This document shows positions 28,016-32,000 of a DNA stretch of 32,000 bases, in pieces (the stretch's first letter is position 1; each line of letters begins with the position of its first letter). A program made the position numbers and the translations under genes. This stretch comes from Candidatus Hadarchaeota archaeon (lineage in GTDB: Archaea; Hadarchaeota; Hadarchaeia; Hadarchaeales; Hadarchaeaceae), in NCBI GenBank assembly GCA_964514965.1, contig CAZETV010000001.1:510001-542000 (forward strand), read 5' to 3'. The notes below the pieces were generated by a model, which was not told the origin of the DNA, searched no databases, and saw nothing but the letters and a program-made list of their open reading frames with translations.

Positions 28016-28138
28016 GCGGGGATAACTCAACCTGGGAGAGTGTCGGTCCGTCGTTGAGACTATCTCACACGGGGCAAAACTGAAGACACCCAGTCGGACA
28101 TCCGAATGTTGGGGGTTCAAATCCCCCTCCCCGCACCA
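28016..28138 (+). tRNA. tRNA gene with encoded CCA and a ~46-nt intervening sequence in the anticodon arm; isotype unresolved (Asp-GUC by one parse, Phe-GAA by another)
   Basis: The acceptor pairs GCGGGGA with TCCCCGC, followed by A and CCA. The D arm is ACTC-AACCTGGGA-GAGT and the T arm is GGGGG-TTCAAAT-CCCCC. The anticodon-stem halves are TCGG(T) at 28043 and TCCGA at 28101..28105. Total length is 123 nt against 77 expected. Confidence 0.8.
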
Positions 28139-28277
28139 TCAAAATCCTGCCGAATGAGCAAAATTCTTGCTTATTTTAGGAAAATATCCTGCCTAAATCT
28201 TGCTTTATTTTTGCGTCATTCTCCTATTTCACAATTAGGTTTAAATCTCTCAAAAGACACATTAAAAGGGGGGAGAC

Positions 28278-29870
28278 ATGGGGAAAAAATCTCAGACCCG
28301 GGATGCGATTTTGGCCGCGCTGTCCGACGGCAGGTCCAAGAGCCACCGGGACATCGTCAAGAAAACTGGGCTCACCCCGAGTGCCGTGTGGAACACCCTT
28401 CTCAGGTTCTGGAAGGAAGGGGCGGTCCTGCGCACGAAGGAGCCCATCTGCGAATCCGAAAAAGTGTTTCGAGGACGGGCTGGCTTCGTCAGGATCCTGA
28501 GGCCCTATCACCTCTACCTGCTGAAGCCCGAGGAGAGGGGGCAGTTGACCCCCGATGGGCACCAGTTCGTGGGCTTTTCGAAAAAATATCTCGACGTTAG
28601 GGGGGGCGGTAAGGAGAGCAAGGCCAAACTCATTTTGAACATCCTCAAGAAGAACTCGCGCAGGGCTTGGTTCTCGAAGGAAATAGCGGATGCCCTCAAG
28701 GACAGGGGAGTCAAACCCCGCGATGTTATGTCGAACGTCCGGAGATACGAAAGGGCAGGCCTCGTTTACGTCCGGGGCTACCGCACGGAGGAGAGGGAAA
28801 CCCCCTTCAAGGAGGGCTACCTGATAACTTGGGTGGACCAGGCCAAGCCCAGGCAGCGGGCGCTGGACGAGGCGATCGGGCGGACGAGCCTAGCCCTAGA
28901 GAAAAATCGCCTGAGCAGCCCCCTCGTGCAGAGGATCCACATGGTCAGGGACATCATCATGGAATCCTCAAAGCTGAGGGAGCTCGTCGGCACCGCCTAC
29001 ATCCAAAACAAGCTCGGGTGCTCCGAGTACGAGGCCGAGGGGGCGATCACCAGGGCTTTCCAGCTTTATCCAGATCTCAGGGAGGTGAAGCTGTTCAACG
29101 CGTACAAGTACTTCTACCACCCGTCAATGGGCGAGGTGGAGCTCCGAACCGCAATAAAGATGAAGGAGAACTACGTGCGCATCGTGAAGGGCAGGGACAA
29201 CCGCGTGGGGCACAACTGGGAGGCCGTGCCCGAGTGGTTCATCGATAAGTTTACCACGGGTGCTAGGTTCTGGACTCAAGAGCACCGGACGAAGGGGATG
29301 GACCCGAGGCGGATAGCCCTGTACCTGATCAAGCCAGTCGGGGAAAGGAGGAACAGCGCCGAGGTCGACCGGGTCTGGGAGGTGACTCCCGGGGTTTTCT
29401 CCAACCCCGTGACCTACGTGCTCTCGTGCAAGTGGGGCCTAGTGAACAAGAGGGATGTCGACGACTTCCTGGAGGTGCTGAAGTGGAGCAAGGAGTTCGG
29501 GGTCAACACGCCCGACGGGAGGCGGGTGAAGCAGGGCGTGATAGGGATATTCGCGGCAGGCTCGTTTAACCCCAAGGAAGGGGTGAAGCTGAAGGACGGG
29601 ACCCAGGTGAGCCTGGCCACCTACGCGAGCCGGATGAACATCCAGCTCCTGAAGGCCGTCGACTTCAACCAGAGGCTGCACGAGCGGGGATGTCCGAAAG
29701 CCGTAACCGTCCAGAAAATCTGCAAAGTGGCCAAGAATGAGGGAGAGGTCAGGGAGATTCTGGACGCGATCTGGGAGGAGCCCAAGAGAGGCGAAGGAAT
29801 TTTGGGCAAAGCCATGGAGAAGAACAAAGAGCTCTACAAGTTCGAGAGGACGCTCGAGGAAAGCCGATAG
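28278..29870 (+). CDS. Triple winged-helix protein with a C-terminal Mrr/PD-(D/E)xK-like (restriction-endonuclease-fold) domain
   Basis: 530 aa, preceded by AAAGGGGGGAGAC. There are three wHTH-like units (RDAILAALSDGRSKSHRDIVKKTGLTPSAVWNTLLRFWKEGAV; FSKEIADALKDRGVKPRDVMSNVRRYERAGLVYV; a third around LGCSEYEAEGAITRAF). The C-terminal region reads GHNWEAVPEWFIDKF...EVDRVWEV...YVLSCKWGLVNKRDVDDFLEVL...GIFAAGSFN. Confidence 0.6.
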   Translation: MGKKSQTRDAILAALSDGRSKSHRDIVKKTGLTPSAVWNTLLRFWKEGAVLRTKEPICESEKVFRGRAGFVRILRPYHLYLLKPEERGQLTPDGHQFVGFSKKYLDVRGGGKESKAKLILNILKKNSRRAWFSKEIADALKDRGVKPRDVMSNVRRYERAGLVYVRGYRTEERETPFKEGYLITWVDQAKPRQRALDEAIGRTSLALEKNRLSSPLVQRIHMVRDIIMESSKLRELVGTAYIQNKLGCSEYEAEGAITRAFQLYPDLREVKLFNAYKYFYHPSMGEVELRTAIKMKENYVRIVKGRDNRVGHNWEAVPEWFIDKFTTGARFWTQEHRTKGMDPRRIALYLIKPVGERRNSAEVDRVWEVTPGVFSNPVTYVLSCKWGLVNKRDVDDFLEVLKWSKEFGVNTPDGRRVKQGVIGIFAAGSFNPKEGVKLKDGTQVSLATYASRMNIQLLKAVDFNQRLHERGCPKAVTVQKICKVAKNEGEVREILDAIWEEPKRGEGILGKAMEKNKELYKFERTLEESR

Positions 29871-29888
29871 CGTTCCGAACTCAATGAA

Positions 29889-29917
29889 GGGCGGGCCTCA
29901 TCGGGATTTGAACCCGG
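29889..29917 (-). other. tRNA T-arm/3'-half-like remnant (minus strand CCGGGTTCAAATCCCGATGAGGCCCGCCC)
   Basis: A GGTTCAAATCC T-loop consensus is flanked by an imperfect stem. No matching 5' half, D arm or anticodon arm could be built on either side. Confidence 0.3.
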
Positions 29918-30109
29918 ATTTTGTGCTCCAGAAGATTTACGGAAAATCTCCTCGGAAAATGTTGGTTTGTCGGAATCTCTTGGTATGGGGGCATGTGCAA
30001 GCTGTTGTCTGAAGCTTGCCGCTCAGGCAAAGGTAGTGAGCTAAGACATTTGTCCGGTTAGCTTCTAGAGGGATTAGAGTTAATAGTTTTACGATTTTAT
30101 CAATTACTG

Positions 30110-32000
30110 GTGAGTAAAATTTCAGAAACTGAGCAACATCGTAGACTAAAGGAGCTTTTAGCTGAAAAACTGAAAGAATGGTTCGGCGTTTGTGTACCAG
30201 AGTACCCTTCAGCTGGCCATGAACTGGACATATTTGGCGTCACGCCAGAAGGCGTCTCTATCTATATTGAGATAATATGGTCTCCATCAAGAACTCATTT
30301 TTTGAATGACATAAATATGCTTCAACAATCTGATGCAGACGTAAAAGTGGCGATTGCGAGTCCTGAAATAATCTCAAAAGAGGAGTTTCGCAGGGAATTT
30401 TCGAAAGTTGCTATTGCGCAGCGTCGCGAAGGGCAAGTATTCCATGGAGAGATGTTGAACGGTGAGAAAATTCTTCAAAACAAGGGTTTTATGGACAGTG
30501 ATCTGAAGGGACTCTTTACACAGCTGGTAGCACAAGTAGCACCGTTAAAGAAAAGACCTCCTAGACCAAAGTTAAAGTTCCCCCAACCTCAAATCTCCGA
30601 TACTTTGCCTGATGAGATAAGTGACAGACTTCTATCAAACCTGTTTCCGGTAGCCAGTATGCCTAAGTTTCCAGATGTGGAACAACGGCGCTTAATGGAG
30701 TTTTTGAACAACGCCCTTTATACGTACCTGAAATCAAACCCGAGTTTGCAACAGCATCCCATATTTAGAAGCACCTATTTTTACAAGCCGGATAATAGCA
30801 AGCCGAGGGTGGTCGATGGGCGAATCGTAGCATCGCCAGAATATCTGCCTTCCGGGGAGCTACACTATTGGGTGCACGACTCTGTAACTTTGAGGTTTGT
30901 CGCGTTAGAAGAGATGATTTTTCTACTTGTGGAGCCATGTTACGTTTTCACCGAGGATGAGGAGAAGTTACTTCCCAAAGAAAAAGCCGGGCCACTTACA
31001 ACCAAAAAAATTGCCCATGAGTTCAACAGGCAATATTTGCAGCACATAAGATTTTGGATTTCTACTCTCGCAACTGACAAAGATAAAATTACAATACCAA
31101 CTAGTCTGGGCTCGATAGTTATTTCTGTAAGCGAAGCTGGGGTAAGTGTAAACTTTGGGGGGGGGAGTCAGGTGAATTCTCAACATGATTTCCAAAGCTG
31201 GCATGTAAATGAGCCGGAATTGTTTTTCGGAGGCGGTAATAGACATGTCGACCAGAAAATCGGACTCACACTTTACGGGCCAGCCCAGCTTCCTGATAAG
31301 GCCGATCTCATAAAGTCGATTAATGTGGGGATCGTGGGTACAGGTGAAACAGTTGGTCTCGCCGAAATGTGGATGGAAAAACTAAAGCGTGAGATACCAA
31401 GCAAAAAAGAGTCTGTACATTCTCCTTCATTCATGGGATTTGAAAAGACGTTCAATTGCGTACTTAATGTCGCAGATCAATGGAAAGAGATCATCCCTGA
31501 AAAAGAGATACAGCAACTTGCAGATCTAGAAAAATATAAAGATTGCGTAAATAAAGCTGTCGATTTGTTTGTAGAAAGGCTCCAAAGCTTGGTAGAACGA
31601 GAGCCGCGACCGCAAATCGTTATCTGTGCCATACCTCAAGCTCTTATACGTATAATCGGCAGTCGAAAAACATCTGTAGCAGTTCCAGAAGAAAATGATG
31701 TTGCGGATCCTCTACCCGAAGCGATAGATTTCCGGAGAGCATTGAAAGCTAAGGCGATGGGATTTGGGATACCAACTCAGCTGGCTAAAGAGAGTACATT
31801 TACAGGAAAGACGACCACAGAGGAAAGGCCATTACAAGATGAAGCTATGAGAGCTTGGAACTTCTCTGTTGCTCTGTACTATAAGGCTGGAGGGCTTCCG
31901 TGGAGATTGGCAGAGGCTTCTCCAAGGACTTGCTATATCGGCGTATCTTTCTACAGGGAATATTTTCTAAGCGCAGCCAGAACAAGAACCAGTTTAGTTC
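30110..32000 (+). CDS. Prokaryotic Argonaute (partial, 630 codons, 3' end beyond the window): N-terminal nuclease-like domain + N/L1/L2 (APAZ-like) region + MID + start of a catalytically degenerate PIWI
   Basis: Hand translation from GTG at 30110 finds no stop to 32000; an in-frame TAG at 30059..30061 closes the frame upstream. MID/PIWI hallmarks are DQKIGLTLYGP, DFRRALKAKAMGFGIPTQL and AWNFSVALYYKAGGLPWRL, then TCYIGVSFY. The ORF is absent from the track only because it lacks a stop in the window. Confidence 0.85.
   Translation, partial: MSKISETEQHRRLKELLAEKLKEWFGVCVPEYPSAGHELDIFGVTPEGVSIYIEIIWSPSRTHFLNDINMLQQSDADVKVAIASPEIISKEEFRREFSKVAIAQRREGQVFHGEMLNGEKILQNKGFMDSDLKGLFTQLVAQVAPLKKRPPRPKLKFPQPQISDTLPDEISDRLLSNLFPVASMPKFPDVEQRRLMEFLNNALYTYLKSNPSLQQHPIFRSTYFYKPDNSKPRVVDGRIVASPEYLPSGELHYWVHDSVTLRFVALEEMIFLLVEPCYVFTEDEEKLLPKEKAGPLTTKKIAHEFNRQYLQHIRFWISTLATDKDKITIPTSLGSIVISVSEAGVSVNFGGGSQVNSQHDFQSWHVNEPELFFGGGNRHVDQKIGLTLYGPAQLPDKADLIKSINVGIVGTGETVGLAEMWMEKLKREIPSKKESVHSPSFMGFEKTFNCVLNVADQWKEIIPEKEIQQLADLEKYKDCVNKAVDLFVERLQSLVEREPRPQIVICAIPQALIRIIGSRKTSVAVPEENDVADPLPEAIDFRRALKAKAMGFGIPTQLAKESTFTGKTTTEERPLQDEAMRAWNFSVALYYKAGGLPWRLAEASPRTCYIGVSFYREYFLSAARTRTSLV

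Larger units (their letters stand above)
28139..32000. mobile_element. Putative tRNA-adjacent genomic island (right boundary outside the window)
   Basis: It starts at the tRNA 3' end. Sampled 60-nt lines give ~60-62% GC (28321, 29401) in the first gene and ~30-37% (30121, 31501) in the second, against ~45-53% in core genes (8001, 24001). The content looks defence-like. No integrase was seen. Confidence 0.45.

Noticed and set aside
28054-28099. tRNA intervening sequence as a box C/D guide RNA, like the archaeal tRNA-Trp intron (CUGA at 28080..28083, UUGAGA at 28054..28059)
   Set aside because: There is no proper RUGAUGA box C, only one D-like box, and 46 nt is too short for a C/D'-C'/D architecture. 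The matches are at the level expected by chance.
28106-28600. 164-aa plus-strand ORF that starts inside the tRNA gene and overlaps the start of the wHTH gene
   Set aside because: It overlaps a structurally sound tRNA and is out of frame with the 530-aa gene, which has clear domain structure. Its product is Arg/Gly/Pro-rich, as is typical of off-frame reading in GC-rich DNA.
28224-29681. Several 65-193-aa alternative-frame and antisense ORFs within 28278..29870 (for example 28667..29248 and 28224..28562)
   Set aside because: High GC suppresses stop codons in all frames. The products are repetitive G/R/P-rich strings with no motifs. The 530-aa frame explains the region.
29881-30000. A complete minus-strand tRNA gene around the T-arm-like sequence at 29889..29917
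   Set aside because: I could not build an acceptor partner, a D arm or an anticodon arm, with or without an intron. The T stem has a C-A mismatch. I kept it only as a possible remnant.
31157-31165. G9 homopolymer inside the Argonaute gene (encodes GGG) as a possible phase-variation switch
   Set aside because: Comparable runs occur in frame in housekeeping genes here (C8 at 15591..15598 in transketolase, G8 at 18401..18408 in the kinase). The tract is therefore not distinctive, and a single sequence gives no evidence of length variation.
30968-31455. Antisense ORFs 30968..31246 and 31273..31455 listed by the track where no plus-strand ORF is listed
   Set aside because: The plus strand carries the long Argonaute frame, which the track omits only because it has no stop in the window. 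The antisense products have no recognisable features.
1-32000. CRISPR arrays, rRNA genes, IS elements/transposases and integrases
   Set aside because: I scanned by eye for regularly spaced repeats and for characteristic protein motifs in all long ORFs, and found none. A computational repeat search would be needed to exclude very short or degenerate arrays.

Overview
This is an archaeal chromosomal segment. Evidence: GatD/GatE, Elp3, Hel308, an archaeal histone, Sec61-beta, Tsr3, split transketolase and TATA-type promoters. The taxon cannot be determined by eye. Positions 1-28138 are a compact, mostly housekeeping block. It holds gatE (partial, off the left edge), an AEC transporter, a frameshifted DUF2703-like gene, treT with a coupled unknown gene, and gatD. 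It also holds GTP-PEPCK divergent from an Lrp/AsnC regulator, elp3, hel308, and a non-oxidative pentose-phosphate/PRPP cluster (tal-rpe-tktC-tktN, prs). The rest of the block is an ADP-kinase-like sugar kinase, an M29 aminopeptidase, a histone, purA, AK6/Fap7, htpX, sec61-beta, a PIN-KH ATPase, tsr3, an amidohydrolase and a CBS protein. A tRNA gene with an atypical 46-nt intervening sequence (28016-28138) marks an abrupt change. Immediately after it lies a conspicuously GC-rich gene (28278-29870) for a triple-wHTH protein with a C-terminal Mrr/PD-(D/E)xK-like domain. Next comes an AT-rich ORF (30110 to beyond 32000) that is missing from the ORF track because it runs off the right edge. That ORF encodes an apparently PAZ-less prokaryotic Argonaute with clear MID and PIWI hallmarks. 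Its first catalytic Asp is replaced by Ser, and it carries an extra N-terminal restriction-endonuclease-like domain. This tRNA-adjacent, compositionally mosaic island is the best candidate here for an undescribed defence system. Its 3' end and any downstream partners lie outside the window. No CRISPR array, rRNA, integrase or transposase was seen.
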